Shown here: one piece after another, positions 18,060 through 27,755 of the stretch | How the letters are laid out: every line of letters begins with the position of its first letter | Numbering within the stretch: position 1 is the first letter of the stretch | NCBI GenBank assembly: GCA_041653675.1 | Contig: JBAZEY010000003.1 | Location: 13,284 to 77,283 of the forward strand | Direction: 5' to 3' | From: Patescibacteria group bacterium | GTDB taxonomy: Bacteria > Patescibacteriota > Patescibacteriia > XYB2-FULL-38-15 | DNA: 64,000 bases | Notes under the pieces: model-generated | Told to the model about the DNA's origin: nothing | The model's database searches: none | Seen by the model: the letters and a program-made list of their open reading frames with translations, nothing else | Position numbers and translations under genes: made by a program

Positions 18060-18665
18060 ATGAAGACGACGATGATCGCGATGGTGCTTGTTTCCGTGTT
18101 CGCGACTGGCTGCTGGGATAGCTACCAGAACTACGGCGAAGACACTTCGCCCCTCGCGACTTGCGAGGTCGAGGTGACGACGAACGTGGTCGAGGTGGTG
18201 ATCACGGTGGACGGCGTCGTGATCGGTGGCGTTGCGGAACTCGCGACGGGCATGCACACTTTCGCTGCTACGGCTCCCGGGTATTACCCGGCAAGCGTGG
18301 TTGCGGAAGTAACCGAAGCATGCGCTCCGGTCGAACTCCAGCTCTTCCCGGATCTCGCCGGTGACTACGATCTCGTGCTACACAATAGCATCTATGATCG
18401 GCTGCTGCTCCACCTCGACCAGGATGAGGAAGGCAACCTCGTCGGCTACGACTGGTACACTGATGATCCGGGACACAGCTTCCAGGATTTCACCGGCACT
18501 GTTTCGTTCGATGGAGAAGTTCATCTCCTCTCGGACGATTCGGTCCGGCTGAATCTCACTGGCCGCTGGACTCCTCCGGGAATTGGTGGCGTCAGCCGTA
18601 TCGTCGGCAACTGGACCTCCGCTGCGGGAGGCGACGGAGACTGGCTCGCCGAGTCGCGACCGTAG
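18060..18665 (+). CDS. GC-rich lipoprotein with a PEGA-like domain
   Basis: RBS AAGGAGG 10 nt upstream. Lipoprotein signal MKTTMIAMVLVSVFATGC. The segment VVITVDGVVIGGVAELATGMHTFAATAPGYYPAS fits the PEGA pattern. About 60% GC against a roughly 40% background. Confidence 0.6.
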   Translation: MKTTMIAMVLVSVFATGCWDSYQNYGEDTSPLATCEVEVTTNVVEVVITVDGVVIGGVAELATGMHTFAATAPGYYPASVVAEVTEACAPVELQLFPDLAGDYDLVLHNSIYDRLLLHLDQDEEGNLVGYDWYTDDPGHSFQDFTGTVSFDGEVHLLSDDSVRLNLTGRWTPPGIGGVSRIVGNWTSAAGGDGDWLAESRP

Positions 18666-18676
18666 GTTACGACTCG

Positions 18677-18736
18677 AACCGGCATCTGGCAGAAATCGTG
18701 AAGAACGATTCTGTCGGATGCCGGTGTTTTTATTTC
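18677..18736 (+). terminator. Long imperfect hairpin plus T-run; copy 1 of a duplicated 58-nt element
   Basis: ccggcatctggcagaaatcg tgaagaa cgattctgtcggatgccgg followed by tgtttttatttc. Near-identical to 20278-20336. Confidence 0.6.
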
Positions 18737-18834
18737 AGAAAATCTAAAGAAGCACGCCTTGACTTTTGAGACATAATATATATGATAACGGCATAGATGG
18801 TCGGCTAGAGGTAGCCGACACAAGGAGGAGAAAG

Positions 18835-20184
18835 ATGAAAAAGGGGAACGGAAGGATCAAGGGGCTCTTTTTGATCGTCATCGCGACGATCGCGATTCTC
18901 GCCTATGCCGCTTGTGGCGACGACGAGCAGTTGTGTCCCAGCGCAGGGGACTGCATGGGACGGGAGTGCGGGCCGGATCCGGTTTGCATGACATCGTGCG
19001 GTGCATGCTCAATCGGAGAAGCATGTTCGGCGGACGGGATATGTATGCCGGACTGCGTGTCCAACTGCGCCGGCCGCGAGTGCGGATGGGACCCGGTCTG
19101 CGGCAACATGTCTTGCGGGACATGCCCGGCGGATCGGCCCAACTGCAATGCCACTACGGGGACTTGTTCGACTGATGGCCCGGATTGTCCGGCAGACCGC
19201 GACTGCGCCGGCCGCGAGTGCGGCCTCGATCCAATCTGCAGCGTTTCCTGCGGGACGTGTTCGGGCGGTGAGACGTGCAGTTCATCAGGAAGATGTGTTT
19301 GCGCTCCCAACTGCTCCGGCCGCGAGTGTGGGCTTGACCCAGTTTGTAGCGTCTCCTGCGGGACGTGTTCAAGCCCAGAGACATGCACTCCATCTGGAAC
19401 GTGCAACTGTACCAGGAACTGCGCCGGCCGTGAATGTGGTCCCGATCCGATTTGTGGCGTTTCCTGCGGCTCGTGTTCAGCTGGCTCATGCACCACGACG
19501 GGCACGTGCACCACGTGTTCATCCGGCGCAACGGAGTCGTGCGCCAATCTTTGCGGTTCGGCTGGCACGCGGAGTTGTAGTGTTTCGGGCGAATGGGGGC
19601 GGTGTCAGGGTGGGACTGCTCTGGTTCCTGTGGCTCTTACGGATGACACCTACATCGACAACGACCCCCCAACTGTCAACCACGGAACCGAAGAATTCGT
19701 GATCATAGGAAAGGGCGTTGCCGCTGACCCACGTCGCCTAGCATTCTTCCGTTTTGATGCGGATTTGGATACGTGGCGGGCGGAGGGCGCCACGTCGATA
19801 ATTCAGGCCGACCTGAGCGTATACGTGAGTGACCGCTTAGGCAGTCAACTTGAACTCTATGGTCTCTCAAATACGACCGGTGGTACTTGCGTGTGGAATG
19901 AAGATACACTGACGTATTACACCCAAGTCACCGCAGGAAGCACGAACTGCTATCCGGACCCGCTTGGCTGGGTCTACCCCGACATTTCGATGATTGTGGA
20001 TTACTCGATGGGCTACGTGGATATCACGGCGTATGTCCAGTGGCTTTGGGACGGCGCGGAGAACGACGGCTTCATGTTGACGAACAATTCGGGGAGTTCC
20101 ACTCCGTTTGCACGGTTGATTATCAACAGCACCGAGAATTCCCGGGATCCACCGAGCGTTTTGGTGAGAGTATCCTGCGAATAG
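18835..20184 (+). CDS. GC-rich secreted/lipoprotein: about 7 Cys-rich repeats (C..GRECG.DP.C..SCG.CS) plus a C-terminal DNRLRE-like domain
   Basis: RBS AAGGAGGAG. Signal LFLIVIATIAILAYAAC. Repeats such as DCAGRECGLDPICSVSCGTCSGGETCSSSGRC. The C-terminal domain carries the DNRLRE-family landmarks (DDTYIDNDPPTVNHG..., RLAFFRFDADL, WNEDTLTYYT, VDITAYVQWLWDGAENDGFML, INSTENSRDPPSVLVRV). Confidence 0.6.
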   Translation: MKKGNGRIKGLFLIVIATIAILAYAACGDDEQLCPSAGDCMGRECGPDPVCMTSCGACSIGEACSADGICMPDCVSNCAGRECGWDPVCGNMSCGTCPADRPNCNATTGTCSTDGPDCPADRDCAGRECGLDPICSVSCGTCSGGETCSSSGRCVCAPNCSGRECGLDPVCSVSCGTCSSPETCTPSGTCNCTRNCAGRECGPDPICGVSCGSCSAGSCTTTGTCTTCSSGATESCANLCGSAGTRSCSVSGEWGRCQGGTALVPVALTDDTYIDNDPPTVNHGTEEFVIIGKGVAADPRRLAFFRFDADLDTWRAEGATSIIQADLSVYVSDRLGSQLELYGLSNTTGGTCVWNEDTLTYYTQVTAGSTNCYPDPLGWVYPDISMIVDYSMGYVDITAYVQWLWDGAENDGFMLTNNSGSSTPFARLIINSTENSRDPPSVLVRVSCE

Positions 20185-20277
20185 CAGGAGAGCGGGCCGT
20201 GGACGGATTGTCTTAGCCCTCAGTACATAGATCGACGGGTGGCTGAATCTGGGTAGCCGAGTCACGGACGTGACCTA

Positions 20278-20336
20278 AACCGGCATCTGGCAGAAATCGC
20301 GAAGAACGATTCTGTCAGGTGCCGGCATTTTTTATT
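20278..20336 (+). terminator. Copy 2 of the duplicated hairpin-terminator element
   Basis: ccggcatctggcagaaatcg cgaagaa cgattctgtcaggtgccgg followed by cattttttatt. Confidence 0.6.
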
Positions 20337-20435
20337 ATAGAATTTTTCTTGACTTGATTTTTATGCTATAATTACTTAATTAATTTAACCGCTTATCCCC
20401 TAAAGTGAGTCTTTTGGGGAAAGTAAAACTTAAAT

Positions 20436-22787
20436 ATGAACACAATCGCGAACATTTGTGACAAGCTAGTGAAAGTTTGCCTAGCTTTTTTAGTTTTTGT
20501 TTTGCCAGTATTTTTTCTGCCATGGACGTTTGAAACTCTGGATTTTAACAAACAAAATATGTTGATCATTCTTACTCTTTTGGCCGGTCTAGCCTGGCTT
20601 GGGAAGATGATCGCTTCAAGACAAGTAACCTTAAGGAGAAGTTTTTTAAATGTATTAATTTTGTTATACACTGCGATTTATACTTTAGCGACGATTTTTT
20701 CATTCGATAAAATAAGAAGCTTTATCGGCGCATCTGGGCTCGAAAAGGAAGGGCTTGTGACAGTTCTTTGTTTTGTTGTTTTATACTTTATTATTATTAA
20801 CAATTTCCGTGATATAAAGGCGATAAAAAATTTACTTTACGCCTACCTTCTAGGCGCGGGGCTTGTAACAATATGGACAACACTCGCTTTTTTTGGAGTG
20901 TTGCCATCAGTGTTAATTTCTAGCCAGGCTCTAAACACGGTCGGCACCCTTAACGCTTTAGGAATTTTTCTTGTAGCCGCGTTTGTTTTACTTTGCCCAC
21001 TATTTTTAGGAGCTGAAACGGAAAAGGGCAAGAGCAGTAAAAAAGATCTTATAATAAAAATTGTGATGGCTGTAGTCGCCGCTCTTATGCTTTTTATCTT
21101 GGCGACGATTGATAACTGGACCGTATGGGCAATTTTTGTCCCGGCTATCGCCTTGATTTTAGCTTTTGCCATTATCAGAGCCCATGAAATCAAAAATTTA
21201 GGATGGTTATCTTTGCCCATGGCAGCTTTTGTTATCGCAGTTCTTTTATTTTTTATTAATACTCCGATTCCTTCACGTTTGCCGGCGGAAATTATGCCCT
21301 CTTTTTCTGCGAGTAGCGGGATTGCGAGGCAGACCTTGAGGGAGTCGCCGCTTTTGGGTTCTGGGCCGAGCACATATGTTTTTGATTATGCCAAATACAA
21401 GCCAGAGGGAGTAAATGAAACGCAACTTTGGGATGTTAAATTTGATCGCTCCGCCTCACGAGTATTAACCATGCTTACGACCACCGGGCTTTTTGGGATT
21501 ATTTCATGGCTGTTTGTTGTAGTCTTTTTGGGAGTTTTGGTTATTATTAATTTGATCAAAGAAAAATCCGGAGCGCTGTGGCTCAACCAATTGGCTGTTG
21601 GCGGAGCTTGGTTTGCCTTGCTTCTCGCAAAATTTATCTATTCTTCAAATTTAACTTTGGAATTTTCTTTCTGGATTCTTACGGCAATTTTAGTGGTTAT
21701 GACCTCTCATAAATTTTGGGAAATTTCTTTGAGTGGCGCGCCACGCATTTCCTTGATTTTGTCTTTTGCTTTAGCCCTCGGGTTGATTTTAACAGTCTCG
21801 TCGTTTTATCTTGTCGGCGAGCGCTATGCGGCTGACGCGAAGTTTGTCCAGGCAATAACATCCTTTAATAAAGGAGAAGACTTAAGCAAGTCTACGGAAC
21901 TTTTGAATCAAGCTGCTTCATTAAACCAACACAACGATGTTTATCTCAGAAATTTAGCTCAAAGTTTGCAGGCTGAAATAAATCAGACGATGGCAGCCAA
22001 ACCTTCCGAGGATGTGGCTAAAAAAATTCAGGATTTGGTGGCGGCTGATGTCCAGGTGGCAAAGCGCGCAACCGAAATTTCTCCAAAAAATTCAGCTAAT
22101 TGGGCGACGCTAGCGTCAATTTATCAAACAATCATGTCTCTTATCTCTGGAGCCGATGAATGGGCAGTGAATTCTTGGCAGAAGGCGATTGAGCTTGAGC
22201 CGTCGAGCCCGTATCTTTACACAGAGTTGGGAAAAACTTACGCGGCAATGGCCGATATGCTCGCGCCAAGTCTTCAATCGAAAGACGATAAGGTAAAAGC
22301 TGACGCTGAGACTAAGGTCAAGGAATATTTAACTAAAGCCGAGGAACAACTTAATAAGGCGATTGAAATCAAGGCGGATTATGCGCCAGCACATTTTGAA
22401 TTGGCTTTAGTGTATGGCCGTCAGGGAAAAATAAATGAGGCAATTAGTAAATTGGAAACCATTCAAGATTCTTTGTCGAACGACGTCGGCGTTGCTTTTC
22501 AGCTCGGCTTACTCTATGCGCAAAATAAAGAACTGGACAAAGCTACAGCTGAATTGGAAAAGGCAGTTGAACTTGCGCCAAGCTTTGCTAACGCGCGGTG
22601 GTATTTAGCGGCAATTTATGAGGAGCAGGGCAAAAAAGATTTAGCGTTGGCGCAGCTGGAAGAAATTTTAAAGACCAATCCGGATAATGAGACTGTTAAG
22701 CAGAAGATCGAGTCTTTAAAAAATCCAGCAGCCGAAGAAACCACGCCTTTACCAAATCCAATCCCCGAAACGGTTCCGGCACAATAG
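20436..22787 (+). CDS. Polytopic membrane protein (O-antigen ligase/Wzy_C-like) fused to a C-terminal TPR domain
   Basis: About 12 TM helices, then RESPLLGSGPSTYVF (ligase-like loop), then 4-5 TPR units (e.g. ARWYLAAIYEEQGKKDLALAQLEEILKTNPDNE). Confidence 0.5.
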   Translation: MNTIANICDKLVKVCLAFLVFVLPVFFLPWTFETLDFNKQNMLIILTLLAGLAWLGKMIASRQVTLRRSFLNVLILLYTAIYTLATIFSFDKIRSFIGASGLEKEGLVTVLCFVVLYFIIINNFRDIKAIKNLLYAYLLGAGLVTIWTTLAFFGVLPSVLISSQALNTVGTLNALGIFLVAAFVLLCPLFLGAETEKGKSSKKDLIIKIVMAVVAALMLFILATIDNWTVWAIFVPAIALILAFAIIRAHEIKNLGWLSLPMAAFVIAVLLFFINTPIPSRLPAEIMPSFSASSGIARQTLRESPLLGSGPSTYVFDYAKYKPEGVNETQLWDVKFDRSASRVLTMLTTTGLFGIISWLFVVVFLGVLVIINLIKEKSGALWLNQLAVGGAWFALLLAKFIYSSNLTLEFSFWILTAILVVMTSHKFWEISLSGAPRISLILSFALALGLILTVSSFYLVGERYAADAKFVQAITSFNKGEDLSKSTELLNQAASLNQHNDVYLRNLAQSLQAEINQTMAAKPSEDVAKKIQDLVAADVQVAKRATEISPKNSANWATLASIYQTIMSLISGADEWAVNSWQKAIELEPSSPYLYTELGKTYAAMADMLAPSLQSKDDKVKADAETKVKEYLTKAEEQLNKAIEIKADYAPAHFELALVYGRQGKINEAISKLETIQDSLSNDVGVAFQLGLLYAQNKELDKATAELEKAVELAPSFANARWYLAAIYEEQGKKDLALAQLEEILKTNPDNETVKQKIESLKNPAAEETTPLPNPIPETVPAQ

Positions 22788-22852
22788 AAATTATTGACAA
22801 AATTATAACTTGTTGTAATCTAGGATAATCTCCCGCTCAGATTTTTGGACTT

Positions 22853-22926
22853 GGGCCTATAGTATAGTAGTAAAACGCCTCCATGGCATGGAGGAGTCGA
22901 GGGTGCGATTCCCTCTAGGTCCACCA
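22853..22926 (+). tRNA. tRNA-Ala (anticodon GGC), encoded CCA, atypical D-arm
   Basis: Acceptor GGGCCTA/TAGGTCC with G3:U70. Anticodon stem CCTCC/GGAGG with loop ATGGCAT. T-arm GAGGG TGCGATT CCCTC. Discriminator A plus CCA. The D-arm pairs poorly (GTAT...AAAC, and the loop has no GG). Confidence 0.55.
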
Positions 22927-22979
22927 GAAACTTGAGCGGGAGGTTTTGTCTAAAAATTTAAGAGGTAGATTATTAAATT

Positions 22980-24074
22980 ATGTCCTTCAAAGTCGGAATT
23001 GTTGGCCTGCCAAACGTTGGTAAATCAACCCTTTTTAAAGCGTTGACCAGAAAGCAAGTAGACATCGCCAACTATCCTTTTTGTACTATTGAACCAAATG
23101 TTGGTACGGTTGCCGTGCCCGATTTTCGACTGCAAAAATTGGCCGATTTATATAATTCCGCGAAAATTGTTCCGACTGTAATTGAATTTGTTGATATAGC
23201 CGGATTGGTAAAGGGTGCGCATGAAGGTCAGGGCTTGGGCAATAAATTTTTATCGCACATCAGAGAAGTTGATGCCATTTGCCAGGTAATCCGGGCGTTC
23301 GAAGATCCAAATGTTATTCACGTTGACGGAAAAATTAATCCAATTTCCGATTTAGAAGTTATAAATTTAGAATTAATTTTTGCCGACCAGGATTCAGTGA
23401 AAAAACGTTTGTCGAGTTTAGCCAGTGAGCTCAAAGGCTCGAAGGAAAAAATGCTGGTTAAAACAAATGAGACGGTTTTGAAAATTAAAGAAGGGCTGGA
23501 AAAAGGAATTATGGCCTCGAAGCTCGGCCTTAGTGAAGAAGAAAAATTTTTAGTTAAAGAATTGAATTTATTGACTCTGAAGCCGGCACTTTATGCCTTA
23601 AACGTGGCTGAGGCAGACACCAAGGCCGAGAAAAAGGAAATTTTAGAAAAATTTAAGTTGGCGCTCGATCCGGAAAAAGTGATTTTGGTTTCAGCAAAAA
23701 TTGAGTCAGAGGTAGCGGAATTGCCGCCCGAAGAAGCAAAAAATTATTTGAAAGAATTAGGGGTAGAGGAATCGGGTTTAGATAAATTAATTCGGGTGAG
23801 TTATCATGAATTAAATTTAATTACCTTTTTTACGGCTGGGCCGAAAGAAGCGCACGCTTGGACGATTATTCGGGAAACTTTGGCGCCGCAGGCTGCCGGA
23901 AAAATTCATTCTGACTTTGAGCGCGGTTTTATCGCGGCAGAAATAATTAATTGGAAAGATTTGCTGGACGTCGGAGGCGATGTGAAAGCCAAAGAAAAAG
24001 GATTGATTCGCCTGGAGGGTAAAGAATACGTGATGCAAGATGGCGATGTGGTTGAGTTTAGGTTTAGCGTATAA
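22980..24074 (+). CDS. ychF: Ribosome-binding ATPase YchF (Obg-family GTPase)
   Basis: GIVGLPNVGKSTLF P-loop, and a TGS-like C-terminus (VMQDGDVVEFRF). Confidence 0.9.
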   Translation: MSFKVGIVGLPNVGKSTLFKALTRKQVDIANYPFCTIEPNVGTVAVPDFRLQKLADLYNSAKIVPTVIEFVDIAGLVKGAHEGQGLGNKFLSHIREVDAICQVIRAFEDPNVIHVDGKINPISDLEVINLELIFADQDSVKKRLSSLASELKGSKEKMLVKTNETVLKIKEGLEKGIMASKLGLSEEEKFLVKELNLLTLKPALYALNVAEADTKAEKKEILEKFKLALDPEKVILVSAKIESEVAELPPEEAKNYLKELGVEESGLDKLIRVSYHELNLITFFTAGPKEAHAWTIIRETLAPQAAGKIHSDFERGFIAAEIINWKDLLDVGGDVKAKEKGLIRLEGKEYVMQDGDVVEFRFSV

Positions 24075-24079
24075 TAAAA

Positions 24080-24110
24080 AAATTCCTCGCTGTCTTGCGA
24101 GGAATTTTTA
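24080..24110. terminator. Bidirectional hairpin terminator between ychF and the methyltransferase gene
   Basis: attcctcgctgtcttgcgaggaat followed by ttttat. Confidence 0.5.
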
Positions 24111-24116
24111 TAATGA

Positions 24117-25358
24117 CTAGCCAGGGATAAAAAGTAAGATTTCTCGCCGAACGAACTGGTCTGGGCGGAAGTAGAGGATGGAGTTACGAGGCGTGGTTTT
24201 TAAAAATGAATATTTTCTTAATTCTTTTGGCAGAGGATCGGCAACAGTAAAGCCGATTTTTTTTATTTCATCTAAAATTGGTAAAAAGAAATCTTGTTTT
24301 TCTGTATGAAAAACAGGGAAGATAATAGAAATTTTTCCCTCTGGCCTTATAATTTTTTTGAATTCTTGAAAAGCAGCTAAATACAAATCGGAAAGCTCTT
24401 TCATAGTTTCTTTTATTTTTTCCAGCGGTTCATCTCCTTTAAGCGGCGGTCCGAGATATGGTTCGCTAATAATCGCGTCGATTGATTGAGGGGGAAATTT
24501 ATTGGAGAGGTGGTGTACATCGCACTCCAGTAATTGATAATCGGCAGTTGGCAGTTGATAATTTTTTTTCAGCCACTCCAAGTTTTCTCTTGCTCCTGAT
24601 AGAGTTTCGGTGTTGACGTCCGAGCCAATCAAATTTTTATATCCCCAAAGCAACGCCTCTTCCAAAATTGTTCCAAAACCGCAGAAAGGATCGAGGATTG
24701 TCTCGTCTTTTTCAACCTTCGCGAAGTTTATCATGGTTTTAGCGAGTTTCGGCGGCATGAGCCCAACCTTCATACTGCGAGCCGGCCGGCCGTAATCGCG
24801 AAAACTTAAGTCCTCAAATTCTTGGACAGCCAAAGTTTTGCCAAGATAAGTTTTTTCTTTACCTATCAAAAAAATTAATTCGGCACCGGCTTCAGTCAAT
24901 AATTTATTTTTCTTAACCACAACAGAACTTAAATTATTCTCTTTTGAGGTTACCCACCTAGCTTGGATTTTTACGTCTTTAAGCAAATCTTTAATCGCCA
25001 TAGCCAGATTTTTTATTTTCTGACTTTCTTTTTTAAGGCGCGCAGTGGAAACATCTTCTTCTAATTTATAGAAACTAAAGCCGAAATAAATTTTTTTTGC
25101 TGAATAATTTTTTAATATTTCAGCAATGTCTTCGGCGGCTAATTCATCCGGCATTTCAAGAATTTTTCCGAATTTAACCGTACCGCCAAGACGCGGCATA
25201 ACGTCGTTTGCGGAAAGTTCACCCTGAATGTCAACCAAAATAGCCTCGTCCGAGAGAGAAGAAAAGGTCGCTCGTTTGCCAAAAATAGCAGCGATTTCAG
25301 CGCTTGACAAAGCTGGATTTCTGCCTAAAATAAAAAAGTATTGCATATTGGTGGACAT
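24117..25358 (-). CDS. Putative RNA (guanine-N2) methyltransferase, THUMP/UPF0020 family
   Basis: SAM-binding motif ILDPFCGFGTILEEA, and RPARSMKVGLMPPKLAKTMINFA typical of Trm11/RlmL-type enzymes. Confidence 0.55.
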   Translation of the reverse strand: MSTNMQYFFILGRNPALSSAEIAAIFGKRATFSSLSDEAILVDIQGELSANDVMPRLGGTVKFGKILEMPDELAAEDIAEILKNYSAKKIYFGFSFYKLEEDVSTARLKKESQKIKNLAMAIKDLLKDVKIQARWVTSKENNLSSVVVKKNKLLTEAGAELIFLIGKEKTYLGKTLAVQEFEDLSFRDYGRPARSMKVGLMPPKLAKTMINFAKVEKDETILDPFCGFGTILEEALLWGYKNLIGSDVNTETLSGARENLEWLKKNYQLPTADYQLLECDVHHLSNKFPPQSIDAIISEPYLGPPLKGDEPLEKIKETMKELSDLYLAAFQEFKKIIRPEGKISIIFPVFHTEKQDFFLPILDEIKKIGFTVADPLPKELRKYSFLKTTPRNSILYFRPDQFVRREILLFIPG

Positions 25359-25445
25359 TGCCTTGGTTTGGCTTTATTATACCACATCTTGCGCAAATTT
25401 TAGTCCTGTGCTAAACTTTTAGAAACTTTAAATTTAAATAGTTTT

Positions 25446-25886
25446 ATGAAACACTACGAATTATTGTACATCATTCCGGGTAAATACACCGAGGAAGAGA
25501 TGGACGGGATCAGCGGAAAAATCAACGAGATTGTCAAAAAACATGGCGGAGAGATAACCTCGACCGACAATTTAGGTTCCAAAAAATTGGCCTACCCCAT
25601 TGCGAATACGCAGGTTGGAAATTATCTTGTGATTGAGTTTAACAGTGAACCGGAAAAAATTAAAGAGCTTGGGGGAGAATTAAAATTGACTCCTGAAATT
25701 TTGAGATTTGGTATCACTATTAAGAAACTTAAAACTCAGGCAGAGATAGACGCCGCAAAAGTCAGAAAAGAAAAAATGGCCCAAAAACAAAAAGCAGAAG
25801 AGGTAAAAGCTGAACCGGCGCCGAAAGTCAGCCTTGAAGAACTGGATAAAAAGCTTGGAGAAATTCTTGAAGGGGATATTATTTAA
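25446..25886 (+). CDS. rpsF: 30S ribosomal protein S6
   Basis: MKHYELLYII...LAYPI pattern, and position upstream of ssb-rpsR. Confidence 0.85.
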   Translation: MKHYELLYIIPGKYTEEEMDGISGKINEIVKKHGGEITSTDNLGSKKLAYPIANTQVGNYLVIEFNSEPEKIKELGGELKLTPEILRFGITIKKLKTQAEIDAAKVRKEKMAQKQKAEEVKAEPAPKVSLEELDKKLGEILEGDII

Positions 25887-25912
25887 AAATATAATCTCTA
25901 AATAGAAAATTT

Positions 25913-26356
25913 ATGAATCTGAATAAGGCAATGATTATTGGCAACGTGACCCGCGACCCAGAGGTAAAAACTACTCCTTCAGGGCAAAGCGTCACTTCTT
26001 TTTCCGTAGCGACAAACCGCGTTTGGACAAACGCGCAGGGGCAAAAACAAGAAGCAGTAGAATATCACAATATTGTTGCCTGGGGAAAGTTAGCGGAAAT
26101 TTGCGGCCAGTATTTGAATAAAGGGAAAAAGATTTATGTTGAAGGGAGACTCCAGACAAGAGATTGGCAAGGACAAGATGGTATAAAAAGATATAAAACA
26201 GAAATTGTCGCGGAAAATATGATTATGTTGGATCGGGGCGGCGCGCCGGGCGGCAGTTCGGGCAGAGAACCAGCGGCAAACCCACCGATGGAAGAACAGG
26301 CTCCTGCCGAAGAGCCGCAAGAAGAAGAAATTAAAGTCGAAAATATTCCTTTTTAA
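25913..26356 (+). CDS. ssb: Single-stranded DNA-binding protein
   Basis: OB-fold region (IIGNVTRDPEV...HNIVAWGKLAE), a Gly/Pro-rich linker and an acidic tail ending IPF. Confidence 0.9.
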   Translation: MNLNKAMIIGNVTRDPEVKTTPSGQSVTSFSVATNRVWTNAQGQKQEAVEYHNIVAWGKLAEICGQYLNKGKKIYVEGRLQTRDWQGQDGIKRYKTEIVAENMIMLDRGGAPGGSSGREPAANPPMEEQAPAEEPQEEEIKVENIPF

Positions 26357-26359
26357 ACT

Positions 26360-26599
26360 ATGATGAGACAACAAAATTCTAGCACAACAAGCACCGGGAA
26401 AAAGACCTGTTATTTCTGCGCTGACAACGTCAGAGAAATTGATTTTAAGGATGAAACAGTTCTCCGAAAATTTATTTCTTCTTACGGAAAAATTGTTCCA
26501 CGCCGAAGAAGTGGTGTTTGTTCAAAACATCAACGTAAATTGGCGTTGGCAATAAAGCGAGCGAGAATTGCCGGGATTTTACCCTTCACAAATAAGTAA
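26360..26599 (+). CDS. rpsR: 30S ribosomal protein S18
   Basis: CYFCADNVREIDFKD...KHQRKLALAIKRARIAGILPF. Confidence 0.9.
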   Translation: MMRQQNSSTTSTGKKTCYFCADNVREIDFKDETVLRKFISSYGKIVPRRRSGVCSKHQRKLALAIKRARIAGILPFTNK

Positions 26600-26676
26600 A
26601 CATGGCGATGTGATAAAATCCACTCTTTAAAATGAGTGGATTTTGTAATAAGAAGTATATCTAAAAGCGGAGTTCT

Positions 26677-27723
26677 ATGGTGCCCAAAAAGATGAGTTTA
26701 AAAAAAGAAAAAGGCAGACAAGAAAAATTTTTATTGAGGGCGAAAATTATTTCATTGATTAGAGATTTTTTTTGTAAAGAAAATTTTTTAGAGGTGGAGA
26801 CCCCGAGTCTTGTAAAATTTCCGGGGATGGAGCCGCACCTTGATCCTGTCAAAGTATCCTTGCCGATTTTGGACGGCCGGTGTGAAGTGTATCTTATAAC
26901 TTCGCCCGAGTACGCTATGAAGAAAATTTTAGCGGCGGGGTTTCGTAATATTTTTCAAATATGTAAAAGTTTTCGCGGGGGAGAGGCAATGGACGAGCTG
27001 CATAATCCGGAGTTCACTATTTTGGAGTGGTATAGAGCGCACGCCGACTACAAAGATATAATGAAGGACGTGGAACGGTTGATGGTCTATATTGCCCGTA
27101 ATTTGCAAAAAAAGACCGGGGATAATTTAAAATTGAAAATTGAATATCAAAACCAGGAAATCGATTTGACGCCGCCGTGGGAGAAATTAACAGTGAGGGA
27201 GGCTTTTCGAAAGTATGCTAAAATAGACTTAGATAAGGTATTGTCTCGGGAAACAATGGCGGCCGCGGCAGAGAAAAAGGGATACGTGATTTCAAAAGAT
27301 GATAGTTTTGACGATATATTTTTTAAAATATTTTTAAGCGAGATTGAGGCCCATCTGGGCAGAAAAAAGCCAACAATCCTTTATGATTGGCCGGCACAGA
27401 TGGCGGCATTATCTCGACTTAAGAGGACCGATCCGCGATATGCCGAAAGATTTGAAGTTTATGTTGGTGGATTGGAACTCGGCAATGCATTTTCGGAATT
27501 AGTTGATTCGGCCGAGCAGAGAAAGAGACTTGTCGCGGAAAGAAAATTAAGAAAAAAATTAGGTAAGGTAATTTATGGTCTTGATGAAGAGTTTTTAGAA
27601 GCACTCCGAGAAATGCCGCCGTCCGGAGGAATCGCTATGGGGATAGATAGAATTGTGATGCTTTTCACCGGTGCCAAAAGTATTAACGAAGTTTTATTTT
27701 TTCCAGCTAGTAAAATTTTTTAA
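26677..27723 (+). CDS. epmA: EF-P lysine ligase EpmA (class II aaRS-like, GenX/PoxA)
   Basis: About 330 aa catalytic-domain-only LysRS paralog (FRNIFQICKSFRGGE, ELGNAFSEL, GGIAMGIDRIVML). It lies directly upstream of efp. Confidence 0.7.
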   Translation: MVPKKMSLKKEKGRQEKFLLRAKIISLIRDFFCKENFLEVETPSLVKFPGMEPHLDPVKVSLPILDGRCEVYLITSPEYAMKKILAAGFRNIFQICKSFRGGEAMDELHNPEFTILEWYRAHADYKDIMKDVERLMVYIARNLQKKTGDNLKLKIEYQNQEIDLTPPWEKLTVREAFRKYAKIDLDKVLSRETMAAAAEKKGYVISKDDSFDDIFFKIFLSEIEAHLGRKKPTILYDWPAQMAALSRLKRTDPRYAERFEVYVGGLELGNAFSELVDSAEQRKRLVAERKLRKKLGKVIYGLDEEFLEALREMPPSGGIAMGIDRIVMLFTGAKSINEVLFFPASKIF

Positions 27724-27755
27724 TTATAATTTTATAAATTCTAACTTTTTAAATT

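Noticed and set aside
18878-19702. Long antisense and alternate-frame ORFs overlapping the Cys-rich gene (18903..19568 -, 19001..19702 +)
   Set aside because: Open frames are expected in 60% GC DNA. The + frame at 18835..20184 has the RBS, signal peptide and coherent domain repeats.
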